Part shown: piece by piece, positions 35,901 to 48,700 of the stretch
Layout: every line of letters begins with the position of its first letter
Numbering within the stretch: position 1 is the first letter of the stretch
The notes under the pieces: model-generated
Told to the model about the DNA's origin: nothing
What the model saw: the letters and a program-made list of their open reading frames with translations, nothing else
Databases searched by the model: none
NCBI RefSeq assembly: GCF_902459465.1
Contig: NC_047066.1
Location: forward strand, 18,476,001-18,540,000
Length of the DNA stretch: 64,000 nt
DNA from: Asterias rubens
Lineage: Eukaryota
Direction of reading: 5' to 3'
Made by a program: the position numbers and the translations under genes

Positions 35901-36463
35901 ACTAGAGACAGTTCGGAACCATAGCAGCGGCTACCCTAGCTGGTAGCCTAAACCAATGTGTATACTCAGTATGCCTACTTTCTGAAGTTCTATAAAACAA
36001 AATCCGTAGCTATGGTACGTGAGCAAAATTTTCATCAACTGAAGTTGCATGATGTGTTTGGTCATGACTTGGTAACTGAAGAAATTCCTTAGATTTGAGC
36101 TGTTGTGCAGTTCAGGGAAGAACTTTCTACATCTGCCATTTATAAAAGTACATTTTTTTCCCATTTTTTGTCTTTTCAGGTAGTTGCAAGTGGGTGCGAA
36201 TTCCAGCTATTATATACTCTGTGCACACTATCACCACACTACAGGCCATCTTTGCTCATGTCTTCTTCCAGGACTTCACCAACTCTCCTCACCCAGGACC
36301 AGTTACTTTAGAAGACAAGCTAAAATTAACAGCTATTTATATGCCTTATTTGGCCGTGCCTGTACTCATTCTGTTGATGATGTTGTTAAGCAAAGATTAC
36401 ATGCCTGGTGAAAAGGTGGCTAAGTCGGGTGCTGCTCGCTCAAAAAAGCAAAAGTCTCGCTAA
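32941..36463 (+). CDS. TMEM97: TMEM97 / sigma-2 receptor (EXPERA domain), 3 exons
   Basis: Exons 32941-33063, 34648-34798, 36180-36463. Translation includes YFASHIPITIFIDSQ, PWFMSFVYGECLLQFPFF, GSCKWVRIPAIIYSVHT, YMPYLAVP. It ends in KKQKSR, a KxKxx-type ER retrieval signal. Confidence 0.93.
33156..33640. mobile_element. Composite hairpin-rich element in TMEM97 intron 1
   Basis: Palindrome 33156-33312 centred on GAGGCGGAGCCGAG, and a second hairpin with perfect 31-bp arms (33496-33526 / 33530-33560). Confidence 0.55.
33710..34090. mobile_element. Family A TTAA-targeting non-autonomous DNA transposon (Kolobok-like), intact representative of about 24 copies
   Basis: TTAA|AGGCAGTGGACACTATTGGTAAT...ATTACCAATAGTGTCCACTGCCT|TTAA, with an internal GAGACCTCA...TGAGGTCTC hairpin. 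Other copies at about 1-310, 575-842, 1925-2246, 4423-4788, 6142-6524, 11208-11545, 16135-16440, 19429-19799, 23615-24003, 26203-26550, 27221-27603, 28023-28281, 34852-35281, 35286-35665, 36610-36908, 37497-37812, 39680-40050, 44686-44910, 53397-53749, 53754-54108, 58226-58572, 61093-61463, 62908-63293. A TTAA target with AG...CT termini fits Kolobok rather than piggyBac. Confidence 0.85.
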
Positions 36464-36958
36464 AGTTGCCTTTAGACCCATTGCACAACGCTAAGCGCGC
36501 AAACACGCGCGTCTCCTGTTTTGGGGGTCAAAAAGTGCACAAAAGGATGGTACATGTGTTTACACACCAATGTGCCTGTAATCACATGTACCATCCTTTT
36601 GTGCATGTTTTAAAGGTCATCATAAAAACCTTAATTGATGACGAGTAACAGAGAGAGGTTGATGGTATAAAACATTGTAAGAAACGGCTCCCTCTGAAGT
36701 GACATAAAACTTGAGGTCTCGAAATCAAGCATCTGAACGCACACAACTTCGTGTGACAAGGGTGTTTTTTTATTTCATTATTATCTCGCAACTTCGACGA
36801 CCGATTGAGCTCAAATTTTCACAGGTTTGTTATTTTATGCATAAAAATGTTGAGGTACACCAAGTGTGAAGACTAGTCTTTGACAATTACCAATAGTGTC
36901 CACTGTCTTTAACAGCCAAAATGGCGAACAGGAGACGCGCATGCGGTCTTTAGACCCC

Positions 36959-37131
36959 TAGTCTTGGCCCAAGATGTCGGTGATCAATAGTGGATAGTGT
37001 ACTACGCACAGTTGTGAGTGCGAGTCAGTTAAACCATATACTGTAAGAGGGCATGCTGCAGCGATTTACCACTGAGCGTGTGCGCTGTACACCCTCCACT
37101 ATCGACCACTGACGTCTTGAGCCGAGACTAT
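36959..37131. mobile_element. MITE with about 36-bp imperfect TIRs (TAGTCT termini)
   Basis: TAGTCTTGGCCCAAGATGTCGGTGATCAATAGTGGA pairs with TCCACTATCGACCACTGACGTCTTGAGCCGAGACTA. Confidence 0.6.
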
Positions 37132-37255
37132 TATTAGACCCCCCCTTGCACAATGCGCAGCACACTCGCTAGTCTTGATTGGGATCGTGTTTTTTGTATT
37201 GGTCAGCAGTAGAGGGGGCAGTTTTTTGAGAGAGTGACTTCATTTGCAAGGGGTC

Positions 37256-37420
37256 CAGGCCTGATACTTCACGGAGGCAACGGAGGCGATTGCCTCCGTT
37301 GCCCATTGCCATTGCCTTGGTGCTCCAGTAGAAATTTACAATTTCCTCATAGGGTGCCCTTTGCCACAGAGAAAATGCCTTGGTGCCCTTGCCCTTTCAA
37401 AAACGAAGCATACAGGCCTG
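37256..37420. mobile_element. 165-bp hAT-like MITE with a 6-bp TSD
   Basis: GGGGTC|CAGGCCTGATACTTC...GAAGCATACAGGCCTG|GGGGTC. Confidence 0.6.
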
Positions 37421-40400
37421 GGGGTCTATCATCAGCCTGCTGTTGTTTTTTGTCAAAAACCCATGGTTGGGAAAAAAAGGTTAACTGTATTAACGGCACT
37501 GGACACTGTTGGTAATTACTCAAAATAGTTGTTAGCATAAACACTTCATTGATTACAAGCAATGGAGAGCTGTTGATAGTATAAAACATTGTGAGAAACA
37601 GGCTCCCTCTGAAGTAACAAAGTTTTGGAGAAAGAAGTAATTTTCCAGGACTTTGAATTCGAAATCAAGCATCTGAAAGCACACAATTTCGTGTGACAAG
37701 GGTGTTTTTTCTTCCATTATTATCTCGCAACTTCGATGACCAATTGAGTTCAAATTTTCACAGGTTTGTTATTTTGTGCATATGTTGAGATACACCAAGT
37801 GAGAGGACTGGTCTAACTGACTTGGGGGGGGTATAGGGTGGCATTCTGAAGAGCTTCCAGTTTATAAACAATGAAAATAATTATTTTGTACATCTGCCGA
37901 CCAATTTATAGAAATTTGGTCTGTGTTTTTGTGTGTATTACATATTACCAACGATGCAAGGATTCTAACAAAATTAAATTATTGTATTGCCAGGTATGAA
38001 TATAGTAAAATAAACTCTGCTCTGCAGTAGAGCTCTTGTAAAAAGAAAAGAATGTTTTTAATTTTTATTTGTGTCTGGTCGTTTTTCATGTATTTGTTTG
38101 AAGTAGGGCAACAGACAAAGCAGTGCGGTATGTTTGTTAGACCCGTAGACGCGTGAACTCTGTGCAGATATAAAGTAGGAAGTTTGTTGAACCTATATTA
38201 AAGGGAGGGTATACCCTTGGTATTTACCCCCCAAAAATTAATGACCATAAAAACTTGCTTTGTAAGAAGCATTTAATGTATATCATTAGGCTATGAGAAA
38301 CAACTCCCTTCAAAGGAATGTTGTTTTAGAGAGTAGGATTCAAAAACACATTTCTGAATGAAACGTTTCTCAGATTGGTGTGTGTTCTAATTAACATAGA
38401 GGGAGTTAACAGCACTGGCAGTGGCATAACTTTTGTTGTAAACTGTGCAAACTCGCCGTCTAGAGCTGCTGGCCCCGGTCAAAAATTACGATTTTTTTTT
38501 CATAACGCAACCACCGCTAAGGATTGTCCATGACACATACGTGATCATGAAAAGCAAAGTGACTTGACTTCGGCTCTATCCAAAATATCTTCATGCCGTT
38601 GCAGTCAGACAGGGATCTAATTTTTGTGTTAAAGGGTCTATGTAAGTTTTGTAGGACAAAAAACATAATGTCCACAGATTTACACTAAACTTACACAGTT
38701 TGAAGATAATGATAGTAGAAAGCTTCCCTGAAAATACTACGTGCTGAGGTGCTGTAGTTTTGGGAAATTAGTAAAACAATGTCATGAAAATAATTTTCAA
38801 TCATTTACAAACGTATTTACATGACATTGTTTTACTCATTTCTCAAAAACGACAGCACCCCAGTAAGTAATATTTGAAGGGAAGCTTTTATCTTCAAACC
38901 CTGTAAGTTTAATTTAAATCTATGGACATTTTGAATTTCTCTGCTCCGATACAATTTGTTTATACATGTATTGTCTATAATTTGTATACTTTGTTTGCTG
39001 CATCGTGATAATACTTTTACAATTTGCATCTCATCGTTTGTTAACTTGTTACACCGATGTGTGTTAGAACTGTATTCTCGGTACTTTCCCGAGTTCTGTG
39101 AAAACAAAATCACAGGCATATTACTCGGGTGTGTTTGGAACCCACGACCTTGAATTGTAGAGCAGTGTCGTACCAACTAGACAACCGAGATTGCCCGGTA
39201 TGTCAGTTCGAATCCTATATTTTAGCAGCGGGTAGAACCGCAACGATTTAATAGCTGTTAAATTTCCAGCAACCTAAAGTTGCTTCTCCTACAGAGATGG
39301 GTGAAACAATAAGTACATTTTCTTTTATAGGATTTTGACAAAAAACCATGAAATACAGAACAGTGACAATAATTGTATTTCTTTTTTATAACAATTCAAA
39401 GAGAGACTCCGTGTATATGGTATTGCAAATCTTTTGTATCTCCACGTTACGTTCGTGTTGATTTTAGTCTTTGAGATTTACTGATAATAAAAATAGCATT
39501 TTCATCACAAATGTCATCACTTTCTCCAGAAGACGATCAGAGCATACTGATCGAAACGTCAAGTTGAGCCAACGGTTCTTTTTAGAACCACCCCAACTCA
39601 TTTGGAGATAGTCATGGTGTTACCGCAAACCTTTCCATATATATGGCGCATTTCCACCATGCAACATTTGAACCTCTTAAAGGTAGTGGACACTATTGGT
39701 ATTTACTCAAAATAAATATTATCATAAAACCTTTCTTAATTACAAGTAATGGGGAGAGGTTGATAGTACAAAAAAATTGTGAGAAACAGCTCCCTCTGAA
39801 GTGATGTAGTTTTTGAGAAAGAAGTAACTTTCCACGAATTTGATTTCGGGACCTCAGATTTAGAATTTGAGGTCTCGAAATCAAGAATCTGAAAGCACAC
39901 AACCTCGTGCGACAATGTTTTTTCATTTCTTTCATTAATATCTCGCAACTTCGACGACCGATTGAGCTCAAATTTTCACAGGTTTGTTATCTTATGCTTA
40001 TGTTGAGATACACCAACTGTGAAGACTAGTCTTCGACAATTTCCAATAGTGCACAGGGTCTTTATTATAACTTTTGTTGTTATGTATAAGCAGCAATACA
40101 AGACTAACATACTACGTAACATTCATCTCTCCACAGTGGTGTGTGCTAAAGTTAGTCAAGTATCATGAAACTTCCGGTGCCATTGAGCGGGCCCAGTTTA
40201 ACTTTTCGAAAGTTAAGCTCAATCATGCCCGTGGACTGTCATCCCATTAAGGATGACGACACCCAACCCTATAGAGACTGGTCTCAGCCTAAAGCAAGAG
40301 TAGGAGTCAACATACTTTTTGCAAGGCCGATTTTCAGCACTCGTGATGAAGGTATGTCATGTTTACCAATAAGATTGAGTAATTACCCTTTCCACAATGT

Positions 40401-41069
40401 TTGCACAGCTACTTAGTGAAGTTTTTTTTTCTGTGGTCCAAGATGCATATACATTTTTAGGAAAACGTGCATGTTGAACCATGGAGGAAAAAATGGTTGA
40501 ACCCTGGAGGAATAATGGTTGAACACAGTATAATATTATAAGCTTTGAAAAATGTTGTCCTTGTCTGTTTTGTGGCCAGCGGATTTGTCATACAGGCTTA
40601 TAGTCTAAATCTTTCTGCGATGTATTTAATGATTACCATGTGTTATAGGCATATTTATGTTGTGTGCCATTGTTATTTTATTTTTTATTTATTTATTTTA
40701 ATTTATTGGACAAAACAATAAAACAAGCACAGGCCGTCCAGGGAAGGGCAAAAAAAAAAAATTACATAAAAAAGATGTGCCCTCCCAGACCTAGCTCATG
40801 AAAAGCTCACATTTATATACTATACATTAAACACTCTAAAATTGTTAACGTACTGATTAATTATGTTTACCAATTGATCTAGTTCGCCGGTCTATTTGAG
40901 TGGTTGGCCTATTACATTTATATGAATCCCATAGTTATTATGAAATGGCAGAAACACTTTTCCTCCCCCATAAAAAAAATGAAATAAATTATCAAGTTAA
41001 TTAGACCATGGAGGTAGAAAACTTATCATTGATGAAGGAATCAATCGGGTTAAACATTGGAAACTCGGA

Positions 41070-41148
41070 TAAGCAAGGTATAGGCTAAGCAAGTTATAGG
41101 CTAAGCAAGTTATAGGCTAAGCAAGTTATAGGCTAAGCAAGTTATAGG
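41070..41148. repeat. 16-bp minisatellite, 5 copies
   Basis: (CTAAGCAAGTTATAGG)n, with the first copy slightly diverged. Confidence 0.9.
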
Positions 41149-42702
41149 GCCCCCTAGTGAGGAATAACGGCCTTGGGACCAATGGGAAAATACGATGACG
41201 TCTTTTCTCGCCACCGTCTGTGTCTGTGTGTCTTCTCAATAGCAAGGTTTCTCGATGGAATTTTCCCGGCAAAGGACCTATGAGTGTAATGCTTAGTTAC
41301 GGTAAACACGTGCATGGCAACAATGGTGATACTTGGCTATTTTTGGTTTCTTTGTTGGCTTCTTCGTGGAGGACCTCTACATGGTTCCTTCTTGGGTCGG
41401 GGAAGGGGGTTGGGGGAAATTATTATTTATGAGAAATCAACAGATTGAAATAACATCATGAGATATGGTGGATATCTGTATAGCAGCATGGAGGAATAAA
41501 TTATTCCTCCATGATAGAAGTACCTGTTTGGTTTGGGTGTAAACAGACAAATCCATGACCATAGCATTGTATTATAATAGATGTTAAATTTGCATCGAGG
41601 ATAGGAATATTAATTTTGGGTGTTTACCCATCGAATCCCACCGAGTTGCATGCTTGTGATAATTTTTCACAGGACTCAGGAAAGTACTGAGTAATGCAGT
41701 GCTAACACACATCGGTGTATGGGCAAAACCACAATTTATATTTTCATAGCATTGTGTCCATCTTTATCCCAAAATAGCTCATATTGCACTGTTCATGGAG
41801 ATATTAAAATATAATGAAAACATAAGTTATTGGCCGAATGCAAACATGGACTAATCATAAAGCTCTGCCAAGCAGATACATATATCTCGATACTCGATAT
41901 TGTATTCGATTTGATCTCTGTTTAGACAATTAACGTGGTGGTTTTTTCGAAAGTGGAACGAGGGAAACTATGCCCTAGCAAAAAGTGAACGTTTTGACGA
42001 CGACAGCGGGGGCTCGATGCGGTGGGGTTGAGATGGGTTGAGATGGGTTGAGGGGAGTTGTGCTCGAGGGAAGTACTATACGTGGTTGATCAGGGGGAAA
42101 TATTTTTGGGAAAGACAGCGGAAAGGGTTCTCGAAGATATTTTATTAAACCCCTTAAGATTTTTTTTGAGCTTGACTTTGTGTTTGAAAATATGGAACAT
42201 AAAATGTATTAGGATGGAGAAAGTTCCTGAATTATTTACCTAACTGTTATATGCGTTCAAAAAAACTTATGTTCACAGTCTAAAGACATAGTAAATAATG
42301 ATCGAAGCTATAAAATGCATGTTCATGTTTACTTATCTTACACTCACCCAGCTAAACACAATAGTGTCACGAGGATCGCTCCGTGGAAGGGATGACGAAG
42401 CGTCTTCTATTGTTAATTATGCTAATTAAGGTCAAGAAACTTTCGCTTGAGTAAATTTGTTCGAGCATAGAGCAACCCCAACTCCGTCATAGAAGTGTGT
42501 TTAGTGGATGTGTGAATACTTCCGCCCAGTTTAAGTCATGGCCACAGTAACATTCTTAGATAGAATTGTCAAGGAGTTGCATGATAGGGATGATGAGGTG
42601 CTCTTTGAGATCTTAGAACCATCCGCGAGAGGAGTTTGTCTGTAGTCTTTAAGTGTCATCTGGTCTTGAAGGAAGACAGTCGGCACACCTTGTGAGAGTA
42701 GT

Positions 42703-45700
42703 ATGGCATCATCAGTGATCAGTGACAGTGAACCCTCACATAAAAAGGCAGCACAATACCACGATGAAGGAACGGCCATAGAGGACGATGCAACAGGTGT
42801 ATGCAACACGTAAGTCATCCAGTCGATTGTGGCTGTTCAACCATGGTTCAACCATGGAGAAATGGTTCAACCATGTAATAATGTTCCTTTGGTATCATGG
42901 TCACATCGATACAAAACCAGAGAGCATGGGTTGGGATGTGGACGTATAATATAATTAACTTGGAACAGTTTTGCAAATTTGCCAGCTAGGCCTAAAGTAA
43001 AAAATTAATTTCGTCTTGCTAGATTAGTGTCGATCAACCTATAGGCGTTCTTCCCTGCATTTTGCCCACGAACCTTAACGCAAAACCATTTGATGAGGGG
43101 AGGGGCGGGGATCACTAAGAAGATCATTCATTGCACTTTATTTGCCTTAAAGCCATTGGACACTTTCGGAGTTCACAGATTTACAAATAACTTACAGGGT
43201 TTAAAGAAGGTAATGGTGAAAGACCTCTCTTGAAATATTATTCCATGAAATGCTTTACTTTTTGAGAAAAAAAATTAAAACAATATCAATTCTCGATATC
43301 GAGATTTACGGTTTTTTTTTTAACACATGTCATGACACGGCGAAACGTGCGGAAACAAGGGTGGGTTTTCCCGTTATTTTCTTCCGACTCCGATGACAGA
43401 CTTGAGCCTAAATTGTCCCAGGTTTGTTATTTTATATAGAAGTTGTGATACACGAAGTGTAGACCTTGGACGATACTGTTTACCGAAAGTATCCAATGGC
43501 TTTAAAGGATTTGGGTACTTTTTGTAACACAAAACATAATGTCTACAGATTTACATCAAACTTACACCGTTTGAAGATAATGATAGTAGAAAGTGTACCT
43601 TAAAATATTAGTTGCTGAGATGCTGTAGCTTTTAAAAACTGTGTAAGTTTAATGTAAATCTGTGGACATTGTGTTTCTTGTCCTACAAAAAGTACATAGA
43701 CATTTTAATATGTATAATTTTGTTAACACTAATTTACTCCAAGACATAGATTGCCTTTGGTGTCACGTAACATTTTCTGGTCTGAATAATTAACAACTGC
43801 AATAACTGTAGTCATTAGGGTCCAGTCGACTTACACAAAGAATTTCAATCTACTCTTTTGGAACGTGCACGTTCTGTTTGACCGAAAATTTGAAGAAGCA
43901 TGATTGAATTATCGTACAACAAAACTTTTATAAAGTAAGTCATATTTTCGTGACAAACACATAATATGGGCGTATAAGACCCTATGGGGGTCCATTTTGG
44001 TTAAGGGGTAGGAGGGGTAGATTTGCACAGATACATGTATATACATAGGCCTAGATACAAACACAAGTATACCAATACCGGCTCAATATAATATTTTACT
44101 TTCTCCCTCATTCTGTTGCTGTTCCCGAAATTCCCCTGTACATTATAACTGTTTTACCCGAATTCGGGCTCCACCCTGCACTGGACATCGCATATAAACA
44201 CGGTGAAACGGGATTGTGGCACGTCCCACCTTCTGCAGCATGTCGTGCTCATATGCCTATAATTTGTTATACTGGGTGAATGCTTCAATAAAGGAATTGA
44301 CAGTCAAATGTAGTTCTCAAGTGGTTATGCTTTATCCATTGTTGTAGTTCCACCTGTCTTATTAATGCAACTTCATTGTTTTGGGGTGTCGACTGAGACA
44401 TGTGCGACACGCATCCGAATTCGCTGCACATCCACCCTAAATTAACAAAAGTCATTACTCCCTTATTTTTTTTTTCCATTTGTAGGTATGCAACAATCCT
44501 GTCTCGATTTTGGTATGTGATTTGCATTATCATATTCGCTATGATAGCTGCATACAGCACCATGGCGTTCACACTGTATGACATACCAGATTTCCTGGAC
44601 CCCGTGAAGGTAAAAACTAACAACCTCAACACTTTGAAATGACTAAGAAACACTAATCCCTTCGAGATTATCCACTCGAGATTAAAGACTCTAGACACTT
44701 TTGGTAATTGTCAAAGACCAGTCTTCTCACTTGGTGTATCTCAACATAATGCATAAAATAACAAACCTGTAAAAATTTGAGCTCAATCGGTCATTGAAGT
44801 TGCGAGATACTAGTGAAAGAAAAAACGCCCTTGTCGCATGAAGTTGTGTGCTTTCAGATGCTTGATTTTGAGACCTCAAATTATAAATCTGAGGTATCAA
44901 AAACAAAATAAGCCACTTGAAAGGCGATATTTTGTCAAATATGGCGGCCATTTTGAAATTTGTGTTTTAAATGAAATCACTTTCGGAACAGAAATAGATA
45001 AAAGTTCACAGATTTACAAATAACTTACAGGGTTTACAGAAGGTAATGGTGAAAGACTTCTTTTGAAATATTATTCCATTAAATGCTTTACTTTTTGAGA
45101 AAACATTAAAACAATGACTCAATTCTCAATATCGAGAATTACGAATTTATTTTAAACACATGTCATGACACGGCAAAACGTGCGGAAACAAGGGTGGGTT
45201 TTCCCGTTAATTTCTCCCGACTCCGATGACCGATTGAGCCTAAATTTTCACAGGTTGTTATTTTAAATATGTAAGTTGTGATACAATAAGTGTGGGCCTT
45301 GGACAATACTGTTTACCAAAAGTGTTCAATGGCTTTAAAGCATCGGACACTTTCTGAACAGAACAAAAATTAAAGGTTCACATATTTAAAAAAAAACTTA
45401 CAGGCTTTACAGAAGGTACATAAGGTTGAGAAAACATTAAAACAATATCAATTCTCGATATCGAGAATAACGGATTTATTTTAATACATGTCATGACACG
45501 GCGACACGTGCGGAAACAAGGGTGAGTTTTCCCGTTATTTTCTCCCCGACTCCGATGACCGATTGAGCCTAAATTTTCACAGGTTTGTTATTTTATGAAT
45601 AAATAATTGTGATACACGAAGTGTGGGCCTTTGAAAAAAAAAAACTGTTAACCGATGTTTTGCGATTGCTTTAAAACAGCCACCTAAATGAGTAAATTTC

Positions 45701-48700
45701 TTCTTAAACAGGGTTTTGAGGCTCGAGGTACAGTCATCTCAGCCCGTCTGAAGAGCATAAGTAACACGCTCTTCCATTCGGATTACTACTTAACTCCGCA
45801 AGTTACTGTACCGAGTAGTGATGACAATGGGGCATCGTTGAGTAACGCCCTCGCCTGCAATCGAGCCGATGACCCGCTGACGATTACCGACAACTCCATA
45901 TCGGGAATCCATTTTGGCACTTCTTTGTGTAAGTATCAAAACGTACACTTCTTCACGGTTTTTATTGTTTGTTTTCTGATTGGTATTGTCTAGTGGAATG
46001 GCAAATTTAATAAAAAAAATGTTATGCTATTTCGTGTCAGCATGTCCTTGGGCCATGCCATGCCCAAAATAGGGTGCCCCACGCTTATGTGTGGAGTGTT
46101 TTGCTGAAGCACCAAAAAGCATACACTGCGATCAAACTCATAAAAATGGTCTACAAATCCAAATGTACACTATACCTAGGTTAAAATAACACACGTTTCT
46201 GCCGAAACAATGGGAGACATTTGGGACGCTTGGTGGCAGCAGACTTACCAGGTAAAATCATAGAGTTAATTATAACTTTATGGGTAAAATCCATTGTTCT
46301 CGGTAATGTGCGCAAGCTCAGAACTACGTAAATAATGTAAATGTACCTGGTAACTCTGCTGCCACCTAGCGCCTCAAAGTCTCCCATTACACTGGTGTTA
46401 TTTTAACACCGATGATAAGTTCGATAATTTTCTTGCTGTCTCACAACTCAAGGTGTAAATTTTGACACTAATGTCAAACGTGGTCACAAGAGTTCTTAGC
46501 AGTTTGGCCGGTGCCTGTTCTTGGCTTCACACAATATTTTCCTAAGAGTGTATGTACACCATGAATTACACACAGCAGACCATTCAAAATCACATGTTAA
46601 AGTTATACGTATGATTTATTTTCTTCTTTCAGGGGACTGGAATGAACAATTTCCCAAAATCGTTTTCGAGGGAGTGGATGGTGTCGATATTCTATCAATG
46701 GAAGGTATCAGATCAGTTTGCTCTGCAGAAAGAGACTTTGTCACATCTCACCCTAACTACAACTCCAGCTGCCTCTGTCACCAAGAAGGACATTGCTTAA
46801 GTACATGGTCCATCGGGAACTATGTTGCACTGCTATCTAATAAGACATCATGTCATGACATCAATGACAACGACGTCACCGTCTTGGTGTCGCTGTTGAG
46901 ACAATGTGCGCCTTTCTTCCACGGACGCATTCGTTCAGAGTTGCAAGACGCAAGCGTCCCTGCTGAATGTGCACAGCACGACTACGCGATCCACTCTATA
47001 CTCTTCTTCCTGCTACCGTGGGAGTTCAGCGAGACGATCGTCGCTAATGGTACCGTCCAGAAAGCCGAAGTGACGGTCGTGTTTTTCCCCATCAGCGTCT
47101 CAGAAGATACCGCTCTGACGACTATTTACTGGGATAACCTCCATCGATGCACCTGCTCCGATGGTATAACACAGATGAAAGCAGTCGAATTCTCTCTCAA
47201 GAATCCCTTATTTGCAACCCTTCTGTTTGCTGATTCGCTGTATCTTGGTATTGGTAGTGCAGTGATATTCGTTCTCATTTGGCTCTACACTGGAACTTTC
47301 ATAGTCACCTTAGCAGCGATTCTCAACATGGTGTTTTCATTTCTAATGGCTTACTATTTCTACACTGTAGTTTTCGCCATGCCGTTTTTCCCCTTCAGTA
47401 ATGTATTGACCGCGATCCTTATCATAGGGATAGGGGCAGATGACGCTTTTGTCTTCATTGACCTTTGGAAGAAATGTCAACTGGAAATGAAGGGGCAAGA
47501 TCTTATCTTTGTAACCCGGGAGACACTTCGTCATGCCACAGCCACTATGTTTGTCACAAGTGTCACCACAGCCTCGGCACTCTATGCGAGTACCATAAGT
47601 GACATCACAGCAGTTAAATGTTTCGGCATCTTCGCTGGCACAGCTATACTTATGAATTTTATTCTAACACTGACACTCATGCCAGCATTTATAGTTCTGC
47701 AGCACAAAGTGTCCCCGTTGATCTGTTCGACCGAAGGTAGTCAAGATGATGACCCAAGAAACTCCAAACCAAGACAGAGGTCATGCCGACAGACACTGGT
47801 CGATTTCGCCAGCAAGCTCTTTGAAGAAGCACTACCTTCATTTGTCTTCAAGCTCAGATACTTATGGGCGATTATATTCCTTCTTCTAGGCGCTGGGGGC
47901 GCTGTGGTTATATTCTACAAACCTGGCCTCCAATTACCCAGCGCTGGAGAAAACCAGCTCTTCATCATCTCACATCCTTTTGAACAATATGACTTCATAT
48001 ATAAGGAACAGTTTGCATTTTCACTGAAGAACAGACCGTATGTTCCTGCATACATTGTGTGGGGCGTGGAAGCACTCGACAATGGCGACTGGTGGGATCC
48101 AGACGATGGAGGGCGTTTTACACCCCAAGAAAGTTTTACATTTTCCAGCCCGTCCGATCAACAATGGCTTCTTAATTTTTGCCATGACATGCAGAACCAG
48201 TCTTTCTTTAACTCAAACGGTCCATACAGTTGTTTCATTGAGAATGTTAAGATCTTAATGGAACTTCCTTGTATGGCTGACCCTGTGACTGGGCAAGATG
48301 CAACTCCTTGCTGTGGACATTCAATCTTCCCTTACTCCCCATCCGTCTTTAGAACTTGCCTTGATCGCTTCCACAGCACCGGCCTCGTCCCAAGTGTCAG
48401 ATTCAAAAAAAGCAACTCCACTGTTGGTGTCATTGCTCTACCCTTCACAATGAGTTACAAGCAAAGCCTCCTGTACACGCTCAACGAAGAGCTGTGGACA
48501 CAGGCAAACACGTGGGTTGAATTCCAACTCAAAACAGCCCCCGGGGCCCTCCAAAACGGTTGGTTCATTCCTTATACATATGACATTGCCTTCTATGATC
48601 TTCAGAGAAGTTTGGCCTCTGGGACAACCATGTCTATGCTTGTCACTCTCGGCATTGGATCTGTTATTCTACTGTTCTCAATACAAAACATCATACTGAC

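Noticed and set aside
46521-46632. N-terminal 37 aa of the 1002-aa ORF in the track
   Set aside because: This is an intronic in-frame extension from a TTG. The real exon starts after the TTTCAG acceptor at 46633.
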